A stretch of 64,000 bases of DNA from Chlorokybus atmophyticus (GCA_009103225.1 RHPI01000008.1:362015-426014), one strand, 5' to 3'; positions 25,832 through 38,961 are shown, numbered from the stretch's first letter. The notes: generated by a model from the sequence alone, not told the origin. Translations and numbers: made by a program.

Positions 25832-28800
25832 ATGGAATTGTTGAGAGTGTCCGCCGTTGACCAGAAGCAGCTGGCGACAGCTGTCCCCGGTGTAGGATTG
25901 CGCCTGAACCGATTAGCATTGAGGCAGCAGCTTGCCGCGGCGATTGCACCCAAGAAAGAGCGCCCTGCGAAGACAATTGTCTGCGCTTCTCCATCAAATA
26001 GAGGTGCATTCCTAATTCAATTTGTTATTCCCAACAGTGACGCCTTCATAAGGCATTGTTGCTGTTTGGTATGGTGGGTGACCAGCAACTGCTAGTCTGT
26101 GTAATCAGTCCTCTTCCTTGGAAGCTGTTGCTAATCTCTAGCGAACTGTAGGCTGTGGATTTGGCCCTGCAGATTGCATTACGACTCACATGTTTGACAA
26201 TGAGTATTGCTGCTGGTGGCATTGCGCATTCATTGCGGACTGTCACAGCATGCACAAATTGAGGCGTTGTAACTTGGCAGGGGGAGTGGCTGAGAGTTCA
26301 GGACGAGAGTCACAGAACGCCAGCGCTCCACAGCGGGCCGTGTACAAGGTTGTTTCGTCTGATACATCCACACGATTGCGACGTAGGATAGCATCCAAGA
26401 CGGCAGGTGAGGCTTTGTTGTTGCTCGTACTTGCGTTGGAGCGGGTTGTTGTGCGCAAGGTTCTGAGCGCAATACCGTAGCAAATTGATTGTTTGTTGCT
26501 CGTGCACTGCACGTTCAGACGCCCAATCTGAAGCCATCCAAGCAGAAGGCACGCCTCCTGATCAGAGCAGGGTGCTCGCGCAAATTGCGCAACTTCCAGT
26601 TCCATTGAACACACGGATACCAACGACGCGGGATTCGCAGAATGTCTCTGGAGCAGAGGATACAGTCCCGCGATCCGCAAATGCAGAGTTCCTCAAGCAG
26701 CAATTTGAGGAGCGTCGCAAGCGCAGCCGCCTGCACATCAAGAAGCAGTTTCACACCGAGCAAGGGCAGGAGGATACACCAGTGGACTTCAAAGCAGACA
26801 ACTCCATAAGTGCTGAGCACCTCATACCTGGGCAATACGTCGTGCACAAGAAGGTATGGCTGTTTACTGCAGCGGTCAACTTGTGAGTACTTTGCATGTA
26901 CAGCTGCTGCTCTGTCATAGGTGTGAGGTTGTTGCCTTGGCTGACAACCGGTCATGCTGCAGTATGGTGTGTGCAAGTTCATGCAACTGGCAGTGGACAA
27001 GGACGGCGTCGAGAAAGTTGTTTTGCAGTTTGCCGATGGAAACGCCAAGCTGCCAGCAAAGACTGTTTCGCGTCATTTGTATCGTTACAGAAGGTACGCC
27101 TACTTGCCTGTTGCATTCAAACCGCTCATAGAAAGGACACATGGTGGGTTTCTGTCATTGCGTTGGCATGCTTTTCGAATTCGTTTGCTGCAATGTTTCT
27201 GTCTTTGTTGCGCAGTGGCGGTGTAGACCATGGCAAGGCACCAGCGCTCAACAAGCTTCACAACACCAAGGCATGGGAAACCCAGAAGCAGAAGGGCACT
27301 CAGCAGATCCAGCGTATAGTGAACACTGCCATGGAACTCTACGTACACCGCCTTCAGCAGACGAGGACGCCATACCCAATGCCTGGTCCTATGCATGAGG
27401 AGTTTGCAAAAGCATTTCCCCATGAACTTACACCCGATCAGCAACAGGCACGTTGCTTGGCATAGTGCGTTGCTTGACATGGCTAGCTGCATGTTGGCAA
27501 ATTAACACGGAGTGAAGTTGACCAAGTTGACCAAGTTATGGTGTGTGTGCTGCTCATATCTAGAGTGTGGGTGGCACTACAGTTGGCACTGTCTTGCAAG
27601 CGCACAGTGAATGTTGGTCTGTTTGAGTCTTGCAAGCTAACAATGCTTAGGCAATGGCACTGTTCGTGTTGCTTGCGGTTTACATTGTTGGTCTGACCCC
27701 AATGTGCTACGCTTGTGTGGGCACAGGCAGTTTTGGATGTTGAGGAGGATATGACAACACGACTTGCACCAATGGAACGGTTGATCTGCGGTGATGTGGG
27801 CTTTGGCAAGACCGAAGTAGCCATGCGCGCAATCTTCCACGCTGCTCTTGCTGGCAAGCAGGTAAGACTAAATTGGCCAGAATGACCTCTCAAGCCCAAT
27901 GCTGGCTTGAGTTTTGACCACTACAGCACACATACTGCACCGGGTCCAACCCATGCATGCCTGCAGGTTATGGTGCTGGCACCCACCACGGTCCTGGCCA
28001 AGCAGCACTACAAGACCATACGCAACCGCATGGAGCCGTATCCGGAGCTGACTGTCGGGTCCCTGTCACGCTTCAGCACGCAAGCTGACAGGCAGCGCAT
28101 CTATGCTGGCATAACAGATGGGTCCTTGCGCATCTTAGTGGGGACGCACGCTGTGCTTGGTGACAAGGTAAGGGCATCATATGCAGTCTGCATGCAGCTG
28201 GCAAGCCGCAGAGAAATTCGGCGTCGCCGTGAGATAGATATGTTTTTATTGTGAGCAAAGTTGATGCTGGCACATCAGCAGATGAAATGCACTTGGCCTC
28301 TACGTTGAAGTCAACACGTGTTGATGACAGGTTGTTCCAGACGATCTCGGTCTAGTTGTGATAGACGAAGAGCAGCGGTTTGGCGTCAAGCAGAAAGAGA
28401 AGCTAGCAGCCATGAAGGCGCAGATTGATGTTCTCACGTTGACTGCAACTCCCATTCCGAGGACCCTACACATGTCCATGACAGGGTTTCGTGACGTGAG
28501 CGTCATCCTTACAGCACCCCCACAGCGCAAGGCCATTGAAACATACGTTGGTCCATATGATGAAGAGCAGGTTGTGAAGGCGGTCAATGCAGGTGAGCAA
28601 CATAACTGCTTCTCCCGGCACCCATTTGTTGGCTGTCGTCACGGTCTCTGAGATGTGCCTGTGTGCAGAGCTCGCAAGGGGTGGTCAAACATTCTATATA
28701 CTGCCACGCATTGGCAGTGAAGTCGAGGAAGGACAACAGGGTACAATAATCTTGCATAAGATTTGCCCGTGCCCTTGAACTGCTGTGCCTTTTCTTTGTG

Positions 28801-30262
28801 ACAGGAGCATTATGTGTGACATATGTGCTTGCTGACAGGCTTGATGTCCAAGGTCACTGAACTCAAGCGGCTGTTCCCAAAAGCCCGTATTGCCATGGCA
28901 CACGGCCAGATGAAAGCATCACAGCTGGAGTACATCATGGAGGAGTTTGTGGACGGGTTGCATGACATTCTGCTGTGCACGTCAATTGTAGAGTCTGGCC
29001 TTGACATCGTTTCTGCCAACACTGTCATTGTGGAAGATGTCCAGATGTTTGGACTTTCACAGGTGCATGGTTTGATTGTTGTATGGTTGTTAAAGCTAGT
29101 GGGCACTGTTGATATGCGGCAATGCTGAGGATATTCTGCCTGAAACGTCTTTTACAGCTGTACCAGTTGCGGGGACGTGTTGGGCGCAGTGATGTTCAGG
29201 CACATGCTCTCATGTTTTTTCCCGTGGTACGTGCTGTGCCTATACCGCTTTCCTGTTGTGGTTGTTGTTGTGACCTTGCGCTTGTATCGCTGACCTTCAG
29301 CAATATGCCAATTCAGAACGCGAGGCTGAGCAATGAAGCAAAGGAGAGGCTGCAAGCTCTGCAGGACTGCACTGGTCTTGGTCAGGGGTTCCAGCTTGCA
29401 CAGCGCGATTTGATGATTCGTGGTATGGGCAGCGTGTTTGGTGAAAAACAAAGCGGTTACGTTGAAAGGATTGGAGAGGATCTGTACTTGGAGTTCCTCT
29501 ACGATGCCATTGATAAGGCAAGTTGCTGTGCTAATGACTTGAGGTATGACTCGAGTTACAGGCATGATGCTCTCATGTTGCTGTACATGATTAGTCGTGG
29601 GTAAGTGGTAGAGTTCAACGGTTTGCTGCTGATTGCACAACTGTGGGCGGTGTGCACAGGTTGAAAGGCAGGCTCTGCCTTTGATTGTCATGGATGACGT
29701 GCGCATCACGCTTTCTCTGCCAAGGGATGTTCCTGCTGAGTGCTTGCCACAAAACGAAGTTGACAGGTTTAGGGATACACTGCAGATGGCAGCTATTGAT
29801 GGAATCGATGCACTCTCTGCCGCAGTGGCAACTGAGTATGTGCGGTTGGGCTTAACTAACAAATCTGGCAAAGTTCCAAAGCCCTTGCAGGTACCAACAA
29901 AGTACAATTGCATATATGTTCTCATTAACAGTTGCGCATCTTCGGCACTGGCTTACTGCTGTGTGCACACACAGGATTACGTGACAAGGTTGGCATTGAT
30001 GCGATTGGCAAGCAATCTTGGCATCCATGCCATTCATGCTAAGAGCCCGGGTGTATATGTTATGGAGACAAGCATGCGCGATGTTGCATGGGATTTGCTT
30101 TATGAGTCGCTTACTCGCGCCATGAAGGATGTTGTGGAGTACAAGCCTGGGAGGCTGGACTTGACATTTGTCGGTCACGCTGACCGCGACAACTATCAGT
30201 TGTTGGTACAATTTTTGGCGGAGTTGCATTCGGGACTTCCGTCATTTGTGAAGTACATTTAA
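25832..30262 (+). CDS. mfd: Transcription-repair coupling factor (Mfd/TRCF) SF2 helicase, probably plastid-targeted, multi-exon
   Basis: Transit-peptide-like exon 1; Car[12 protein letters not shown]; [15 protein letters not shown]; [12 protein letters not shown]; [12 protein letters not shown]; TATPIPRTL; AMAHGQM; [11 protein letters not shown]; [12 protein letters not shown]; [10 protein letters not shown]. Confidence 0.95.
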
Positions 30263-31106
30263 GAGCATTTGCACGGGAGGACAAATTCTACTACGTAGCC
30301 TACGCGTACTAGTCACATCTGGGGTAGAGCACAGGTTATACGGCATGACTTTAGTTGTTAAACTCTGTAGCTGAAGTACAATTGTAGTTGATTGTTACCA
30401 ATTCAGCAAGTGGGACAGCAGACGTCATTAGGGCTGCGCAGCTTTGGTGCACAGGCTGGTGGCCGTGTGCCATAGAGTGGCGCTGAGAGTGCAGCAGGTC
30501 GCAGTTGCACTGCCTGTACATGCATTGCATGCACGCATGTAACGATGAAGCAGCTCACATTAGTGCACTGCCGCTCCCTGTACTAACCAACTTGAACCGC
30601 TTCTGCCTCATTGACAATTCGTCGTGCGGGCCGGTATTGTATGCAGCATTTTGTCAGTGTTTACCTCGACCTTTCAGGTGCTGAACTTGCGCACATATAC
30701 GGTACAGAGCAGGTGCCCCATGCCTAACCATGCACGCCCTGATGATTACCCAGTCCTTGCGCACAGCTTATACAGCCACTGCGCGACCACAGTCACCATG
30801 CACTTGCATTGCACTGTACCAATGTCGCAACTCAGCCCGGGGACCTCAATGGTGTAAGGCCTATGCATTCAGCAATGCAACGTTAACTTTGGTACCATGT
30901 TGACCACAATGGCGACGCTAGTCCAAGCGGTCGTTCAAAGCTGCCAGCTGTCAGCTTGACATGTCGGGTTACCCGACTTGCGATGTGCGTGTTGTAAATT
31001 GACCAATTGCACGACGGACGTTAGTGGTTGCATGATGACGAAACATGCATCATATCTGTACGGTGTATGTACATGGGCTGGCTATTAGTACCAGCCTATG
31101 CTCCAG

Positions 31107-31138
31107 AGCGAGCGCGAGCGAGCGCGAGCGAGCGAGAG

Positions 31139-31170
<32 letters not shown>
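31107..31170. repeat. (GAGC)n/(GA)n microsatellite
   Basis: Direct observation. Confidence 0.9.
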
Positions 31171-31176
<6 letters not shown>

Positions 31177-31474
31177 AACTGTTGACTCATGCTTGAGGCC
31201 AATGGGCTGTTGTTGCCGCTCGCGGCTGTGTAGGCAATGTACAGGACAGCTTCGTGTGCTTCTGGTTGTTAAATGTGTGGTTGAGAGGTGTCGTCTTGTT
31301 CAATTGGGTATGACAGCAGGCTAAGATTGTGGTTGTTAATGGAAGTCGACTATAAACGAGACTGCGGAGCCTTGCATCAACTTGTCAGCATGGTATGCCG
31401 ACTATCAGGTCCTGCAGCAGCTCAAGCCTAGTAACCCTTATTATCTCCTGCACTGGATGCAAGTTTCTACAATG

Positions 31475-32700
31475 TCAACCAAACAAACCAGATATCACGA
31501 AGGTCCCGGCAACCTGCAGAGTGGCGAAGATGCCTGCAGCAGCAGGTATGCGGTACTTGAGCCATAGTGGCAACTGTGGCGTGTACTCGATAGAAATGTT
31601 GGCAGCACCGAAGCCTTGACCTTCGTCAACTTGCAAAGTAAGGTTCCTTGGTACTGACAAGTATACATGGTGGGGTTCAGAATATGCCACATCACCGGGA
31701 GTTGTCGTTGAAAGCTGAACCAAGATGAATCGTTCACAGCTTGCAGCGGAAGAGCTTCACAACTTCTCCAACTAAACTGTATACATGACACGTATTGCAG
31801 GACGCTGCTTACCTGCTGTGCAGCTGGTGTTTGCACACGCAGTGCTGACATTGTAGACGCCGACATCAAGACCGTTGAACACGAAGGCTTGCTGCCTGGC
31901 CGACACATTGAGGCTCTTATCAAATAAGTCTTCGCTCGTGAACGAGGACAAAGTGACTGCACAGCTGTCAATGCACTCCGCTGCTGTCGTCACAGACACT
32001 GCCCGCATATACTTGCGAGGAATGACAAAACCTGCACCAAAACAGGCCAGTGGCAAACGTTTCCTGGCATAAACAGCTGCTTGGCAAACAAGCATGGCAC
32101 ACGCAGGAGCTGTTGCATGTGTTGCTTCAGGTGCACATGTGCAGGCAATCATATCAAGCCAAGTGCGTTTTACACATAAGCGCATTTGTGCCACAAGTGA
32201 AAGCTCCCACTGACTGACTTCAAGTATTGCTACGTGCGCTGGCAAGACGTGCGTTAGTCAGGGGGGGCTGCCATTTGCAAAGCTACAGACTAACGCAGCT
32301 ATAGAACACAGTACTGCCTTCACTCAACATACCTGTCACGTTAGCATGTCCCTGCGGATTCCCTGGTTCTTGGGCTAGCTGGCTCTCACAACATACCTGC
32401 GCAACAGCAGGTCAAACACGTTGGGTCCTGCCATGCCATTGCATACAATGTAACCAGACTGCAACAGGTCAAGTGCCTTTGTAAATGACGAGCAGCATCC
32501 TTTGAAGCAGCCATCAACAATAATTGGTTAAAACAGCATGAGGACAACAAGCAGAGGTCTTTCATACTGGCATGCACTGACTGCATGTAGCCCCACGTTA
32601 CACTTGCTCGGTCGACACACAGTACCAGCGTAGCCACGCAGACTAAGAGGAGCAAGCGGACCGCCTGCCAATGCTGCCAGCTCCTTGACCACAGCGCCAT
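31475..32700 (-). CDS. Uncharacterised secreted or membrane protein with signal peptide, beta-rich ectodomain and hydrophobic C-terminus
   Basis: ATG 32700 MALWSRSWQHWQAVRLLLLVCVATLVL; GT-AG-bounded open exons SGYIVCNGMAGPNVFDLLLR, DKSLNVSARQQAFVFNGLDVGVYNVSTAC, and last exon ...PLWLKYRIPAAAGIFATLQVAGTFVISGLFG*. No family recognised. Confidence 0.6.
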
Positions 32701-32972
32701 CACAGCAAGAACAATCAAGCAAGCAATCAGGCAGGCAAGCAGGGAAGCAAGCTGCCTCAACTCTGCTCAGTACAGAGAGCCACTGCTGATTACGCGCACG
32801 AAGCTGCAAACGCCAGCATGCTTGTATGCACTCGTCTGCCCGGGTGCGCGTTTACAGGACAACGTGCAGTGCGTGTCTCTGCTGTGCGCAGTATGTAGTC
32901 ATGCTTGTGCTGGCAATTATTGGCGGCAGCGGTGGCGACAGCGGCGGAGTCGGTGAGGGCTGTGAAGGCGGG

Positions 32973-34419
32973 ATGAATGCGGGCGAGGTGGGGGCTGCAA
33001 TGGTGGCCAAGGAGGCGGAGACGTTTCCACTGTCCCTGACTCTGGCGCATGTTGGCGCCACATGCTTCTTTGGCTATGCCGGCTACGTGCAGCAGAACGA
33101 CCCGGACGCCGCGGAGTGGATGGTGATGTATGGCGCTGCGGCTGTAATTTCGTTGTGCTGTAAGTGATGACAGCATGGGTACAGTCCTGAATATACAGAC
33201 AGGCTTGATAGGCAGGTCCACGTTGTTTGCTCGCTTGGTGTGGTGATTCCGTGCATGGGAAGATGTGGCTGACACTGCACAGTGCAGATTGGGCAGCTGC
33301 CAGCTGTGCTTGTTGCCTTCCTCATGGTGGTATGCTTGCGTAGGCCAGGACATTATGTGGTTGCTTTTGACAGCTGGTTCTGAGCAACCTGTCGCTGAGA
33401 GTTACATTAGGCTCACACACTGGTGTACACAACACACACAAGTGGTACATACGTATACTGCTGCAGTACGTAGAGTGTCAACTTAGGTCGCAAAGCATTA
33501 CACAGCAGCACACACGCAGCCGGTTCACATGCTTTCCAGCAATCAACCGATGATGTAGGCAGTGCTGACTGGAAAACGTCCTGTTGAATTTTCTTGAGCA
33601 GGACACTCATCTGTGAGAGTGTGGACAAGTCTTCTTATCCGGAACTGACACAGTGTACCTGCTGCTGCAGACGCCACAAGAATTTTGCAAAGTCGCATTC
33701 TTCCAGCCTTATGCACAGTTGCCTGCATGCTAAGGCTTGCTGTTCTGGTGTGGAATGAGCGCTCAAAGCTTTCGGTGAGCGTCTGCATGTTACACGTTGG
33801 TGGCAAAGTCATGTGCAGACTTCAGAGTCGCAAACATGTTGCGACGTGGCAGTACAAGCGCCTGCACATGTTGTGCGTCATCATTCTGCAGCTGCAGTAT
33901 GCGTGAATGTGGACAACACCAGCACCTCATGTTCTTCTGTGCCTGCTGTGCTTGGGAGTCGTGCCAGGGTCTGCGTGACATGCGGTTGCACGCGTGTAGG
34001 AGTTGGATCGTATGTCATTTATGACCAGCGAGTTTGGGAGGGAGTCTTCTGGCTTAATTCTGGTAACGTTGTGGATGCTTTTCCTCTGGAAGACATCTGG
34101 GAGGCAAGTCCATGTTGTGTGCAATGTCCCACACTGCTATGCTTTGCATGTACAAGGAAGCCATGGCGTACACTGCCTGGTTCAACTCATGCGCGTATTA
34201 GTGTGAACAAGTTAACATTAACAAGAGCTTTGTCCAAGCAGGAGGAAAGATGCTGCAAGTATTCGACAGTCGGCACTGATGTCAGTGCCCGCGCTGCTGA
34301 TGACGCTTGCTGTCATTGCCATAGCTATTTATAGCCCATACTACATGCGTTCGCACAATGTTGAGGTTCCTGAGCACTGTCAGGGACTTGGGTTTCCCGG
34401 ACAACCGATCCCTATATGA
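32973..34419 (+). CDS. TMEM220: TMEM220-family membrane protein, multi-exon
   Basis: FFGYAGYVQQNDPDAAEWMVMYG, EFGRESSGLILVTLWMLFL, and last exon ALLMTLAVIAIAIYSPYY..VPEHCQGLGFP..*. The start may be 32973 or 33000. Confidence 0.8.
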
Positions 34420-35598
34420 TACTTCCCAGCGATTGGCATTTAGAATCATGCGCTGTTGCTTGAATTGCAACAACGCTAGCATGTTTGAAAGCATGTCTCG
34501 TGCATAAGGTTAGGTGAGGGTACAGTGTGTAGCAATGTTCTTGTTATTATCTTTATGTCTGAAACTTTGTCTCGCGCTGGTCTGGTGGCAGGGCATGCTG
34601 TATAGTGTGCCCTATGCAAATCGTTGCACGAAACAATAAAGCCGCGTGAACCCGGCATGTTCTTAGCATTATTGTGAGCACCTAACAAGCAAAAGAGCCG
34701 TGCAAAGCACACTCCGAGAGATGGGTGTGTGAACGCGCCAACAAGCATAGCAGGTCCAAGCAGAGCATAGCAAAACAGTAAGGTGGGGGCCCAGTCAAAG
34801 CTTACAAGACCGACTTGAAGACTAGACCTTAGACTAAACCCTCAAGCAGCATGCAGGGGCAAGCGGATGGACAGCAGCAGTGAACAACCACAACTTGCAG
34901 AGCGCAGGGGAGAAGGAGAGGGAGAGGTTAGCCCGTGTGACCTTCAGAAGCACGTGACAATTCCATGGCTTGTGCACCTTGTTGCCTCTTGTGTGCATAA
35001 TGGTGAGCTCAATACTACTTCATTGAAACTTGGCACGAGAAGTTGCAATTTACATCACGCCAAGCGTGTCATTTGTGCATTTGTGAGTCGACCACTTGTT
35101 TATCACTTATTGTAAGTGAACAGTCATTTGTACAATTATGCACGCATGCACACGTTGCGGATAACACACGCTTATCTTTGCTTTTGTGATGGCTAAATTT
35201 AACTGAGTTGTTAAACTGTTGCTTCGAATTCAATTGGCTGCAATGAGCCAATCCTTTTCAAATAAAAAAGATAACATCTTGCGATTTGCAAAATACCTAG
35301 CCCAACTCGTACGTACGTAGATGCAAAACCAGTGCTAAGCTCACGATTGTCGCTTTCTCTTTTGTGTTGTTTGTATGACAGCTTCGCATGCACACTGCTA
35401 TGCACATTGTATAACCACTAAGTTATATGTTAATATACTCAAAATGCCAGAGATGAGCTACTTACCTATCAAAGAGTTTCAAGTAATGAATGTAAATTCG
35501 TATGTCTTGTCAAGATTGGTTCGCAACCACATAAGATGTACCGAGGTAATTGCAAAGCTTTTGCTGCTTTGATATTCCGTTGTGTCTGCTTGTATTTC

Positions 35599-36122
35599 TG
35601 TCACAGCCCACTCGACCACAAAAGACTTGGTGCTTTTATGGTCGATTTGTGGTAATTAATGTACCTTCCCGTTACATTCCCCCCCACTTAAGAACGCTGA
35701 CGTCCTCGGCAGCTGCGCGGTCAGCTGGGGAATTACCCAAGGGGTTTGTTAGGGTCGGTCACCGGCCCCACAGCCAAGGACCGGCCAATATAGGCCCATA
35801 CCGGTCAGCGCGCGCATAGCGCGCCGCTGCCGGCCCCACAGGTCGCGTCGCCGCGATAGGCAGGTCGCGCTCTGCCGCGACGACTGAACTGGTCAGTTCG
35901 GCGCGACTGCCATTAGGCAAGTCGCGACCAATCGATGATGGCACTCATAAAGTGACCATTTACGATTATTGGATCGAGAAACAACGACCGCGGAATTCGT
36001 GTGCAAGGCAGGAATCGAACCCGGGTCTCAAGCTCCGATACCAATGTCACAGCCCACTCGACCACAAAAGACTTAGTGCTTTTATGGTCGATTTGTGGTA
36101 ATTAATGTACCTTCCCGTTACA
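35599..36122 (-). mobile_element. TRIM (non-autonomous miniature LTR retrotransposon), 524 bp
   Basis: 78-bp LTRs at 35599-35676 and 36045-36122 (one mismatch, TG..CA ends); TSD ATTTC at 35594-35598 and 36123-36127; PBS TGGTATCGGAGC (36032-36043, tRNA-iMet type); PPT AAGTGGGGGGGAA next to 35676; no ORF. Confidence 0.95.
36011..36064 (-). promoter_or_regulatory. Putative split tRNA-type Pol III promoter (A-box in LTR, B-box after PBS)
   Basis: Minus strand TGGTCGAGTGG (36064-36054), a 32-nt spacer containing the LTR end and PBS, then GGTTCGATTCC (36021-36011). Confidence 0.6.
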
Positions 36123-38209
36123 ATTTCACAAGCCGAGATCTAAACAATGAGAAGCCCTTAAATATGTATATAGCACAAGATATCATGAATGCAATGCAAT
36201 GCCGTGCAGTTTTCAATCCTTAAGCATACAAGTTGACCTAAGACTGTTATATCAAAAGATGATTATCGTATAGGTCGTCGCAAAATGTTTCCCCTGCCAG
36301 CCGACAAAATAATAGCAACGGTTGTGCACCTGAGGATACCCGTTTTTACTGTCGTGGCTCAGTCCACCTGTAATCTCAATACAAAGACCTGAGTATAACG
36401 GCCGTCACCATCAGTCGGCGGTCGTCTGCAAAGGGTAAAGGGACTGACCCTACCTGATTAATACCTGTAAGGTACCCATCAGTTCAGCAAAGGGGACTTG
36501 ACTAACTGACCGATACCCAACAGTTAGGCACAAGCGACTTTACGTCAAAGGTGTTTTGAACTGTCAGGTACCTGTACAGTACCTTATGGTAGCTGACGTT
36601 AGTTACTTTACGAAGGTACAAACAGGCACCGTTCATACTGTGAGAGAGCAACGGCATGTCACAAGCAAAATTGCCATTCAAAAAGATTAACATGAATTAA
36701 TAACACATGACATGCTGTTGCTATGATATCCTGTGAACTATCACTAATACTACTTCTTCTACTACTCCACTACCCTCCACTACCCCTACACCAAGTCATA
36801 AAAAAAGGCGCCGCTCCTCTGCTCCTGCGCCGCCGCTCCTCCTCCGCCTCCGCCGCCTTGTCGCCGCTCTAGCACCTCCGCCTGGCCTGCTCAGCAAGCA
36901 GAGCGGTTTGTCTGTTACGCAACACAACGGCATTATACATACACACACACAGACAAACAAATTTACCTACTATGCAATTGCCGCCGCAGCCGCCCCCTGG
37001 CCCGGCCTGCCCTGGTTGGCCTGCCCTGGTCAGCCTGGTCTACTCGGCAAAAAGGGCAGTGTGACGCTTCGCTATTACTCTCAACACAACGGCAATCACA
37101 CATGTATACAAATGCAAACAGTCTCACCTGCTGTGCCATGGTCGCCGCCGTCGCCGTCGCCGCCATCGCCGCCACCGCCGCCGAACACCTGCCCAACTTA
37201 CTTGAAGCTGTTGTGCGTTCGAAGCGCTGCTACTTGGGCAGCATCAGCTTTCTAACGCGCAACGGCTTCAATGGTGATATCGTACCATCAAATGGTACGA
37301 GTGTGCCTTGGTACCTGTATCCTCATAGATCTATAGTACCATCGTAATAGTACCATACGTCCATTTAGTGTTGCAGTTAACTGTTCCGGGCTAATATGTC
37401 ACTGTCCCACCTCGCCGCCATCGCTCGTCCCTAAGTTAAAACTAAGCAGAGACTTGCTTACCAATAAAGGCATGTTGCCGCCGCGGGCTTTATACGGTCG
37501 GTGGCCAGCCGCCAGTAAAAGGGGACCGACTGGTATCATCAATCGCCATTAGGGGCCTAAGAGGTCACCTAATTGCTATTATAAATAAGTCGCCGCCGCA
37601 GGTCGTGTACAATGGGCGGCCGGCCGTCATCATAATTTGCTTGAAGGTTTGATTACCGGCAAACAATAGTTTAGTATTAAATACGACAGGTGGTCAGCTA
37701 TTGCAAATTGTCCACATGTATCGCCAATCCACTCAGTCTCTTTATATCTCAAGTCGTTATGGTCCGTAAGGGTCACGCAGGGTCAGTCCCTCAATCCCTA
37801 GTCAGTCATGCCGAAAGATTTGCGACGGTTTTTTAGTAGCTTAGATATATAACATTCAATGAGATTCAAGCACACCTCCACAAGCCAGTGCAAGCTCAAG
37901 CAAGAACGGGTGGCAGGGCCAAGAGCAAATTAGCAAGGCTGAGCAACATATTATTATACATGCATTGTAGCTAAGTGCGTGCGTTTACAGAGGTTGAGGC
38001 GGTTGCAGGCAAGGTAGCAAACAAGCAGTAGTAGCAACCAACACAACGCCGCAGTTTGCTATGCTATAGCACGCGATATGTAATGGATATGGCATTTTAA
38101 TTGTACGTTATCATTAACTATAATACCGCAATAGCTTAAAGCTTGCACACATTTCATCGTGTTGCATATCATATGCAAGACGCACACGTGTATTCAAGCG
38201 CATGTCATA

Positions 38210-38285
38210 TGTCACAGCCCACTCGACCAAAAAAAGACTTGGTGCTTTTATGGTCGATTTGTGGCTAATGTACCTTCCCATTACA
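38210..38285 (-). mobile_element. Solo LTR of the same TRIM family
   Basis: Diverged 76-bp LTR copy flanked by its own 5-bp TSD TCATA (38205-38209 and 38286-38290). Confidence 0.92.
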
Positions 38286-38712
38286 TCATAGGTACGCACA
38301 CCTAACATAGTAAACATCTGCGAATGTGATAATGTAAATGATCACATTCTATAATCATTCAAACACATTGTTTTACATGGCTGGAGCGCAACATACTGCA
38401 ACTCATTGCACGACTGTGCGCATCGGATACCGAGGTGATAATAATAGCTGAAAACTGCTTCAATAATAGCACACATGATATGGTATAAAAATATCCAGTA
38501 TCATTAAGATCAACTGTAATTGAACATTGGAGATCAAAAAGGTCTATTGAATGATGCATTGTATTGCAGTGTATGTTCTCAGTTACGCATGTAGCCTTGA
38601 TTTACACATATACACCCTTATATAATGCACACCACCATGATATGTATTTGCACACACAACAACATAAGGTGATGAGAAAATTGCATGTGCAAAACACGCA
38701 TGCATGCATATT

Positions 38713-38961
38713 TTATATATANNNNNNNNNNNNNNNNNNNNNNNNNNNNNNNNNNNNNNNNNNNNNNNNNNNNNNNNNNNNNNNNNNNNNNNNNNNNNNN
38801 NNNNNNNNNNNNNNNNNNNNNNNNNNNNNNNNNNNNNNNNNNNNNNNNNNNNNNNNNNNNNNNNNNNNNNNNNNNNNNNNNNNNNNNNNNNNNNNNNNNN
38901 NNNNNNNNNNNNNNNNNNNNNNNNNNNNNNNNNNNNNNNNNNNNNNATATATATATATATA
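38713..38961. repeat. (TA)n microsatellite flanking a scaffold gap
   Basis: TA repeats on both sides of the N run. Confidence 0.85.

Noticed and set aside
34282-34494. Minus-strand 70-aa ORF that looked protein-like
   Set aside because: It is antisense to the last TMEM220 exon.
36000-36075. A true tRNA gene at the A/B boxes
   Set aside because: There is no acceptor or anticodon stem; the boxes straddle an LTR end and PBS, so it is treated as part of the TRIM.
36437-37791. 13-bp inverted match AGGGACTGACCCT / AGGGTCAGTCCCT as transposon TIRs
   Set aside because: Similarity does not extend into the flanks and no TSD was found.
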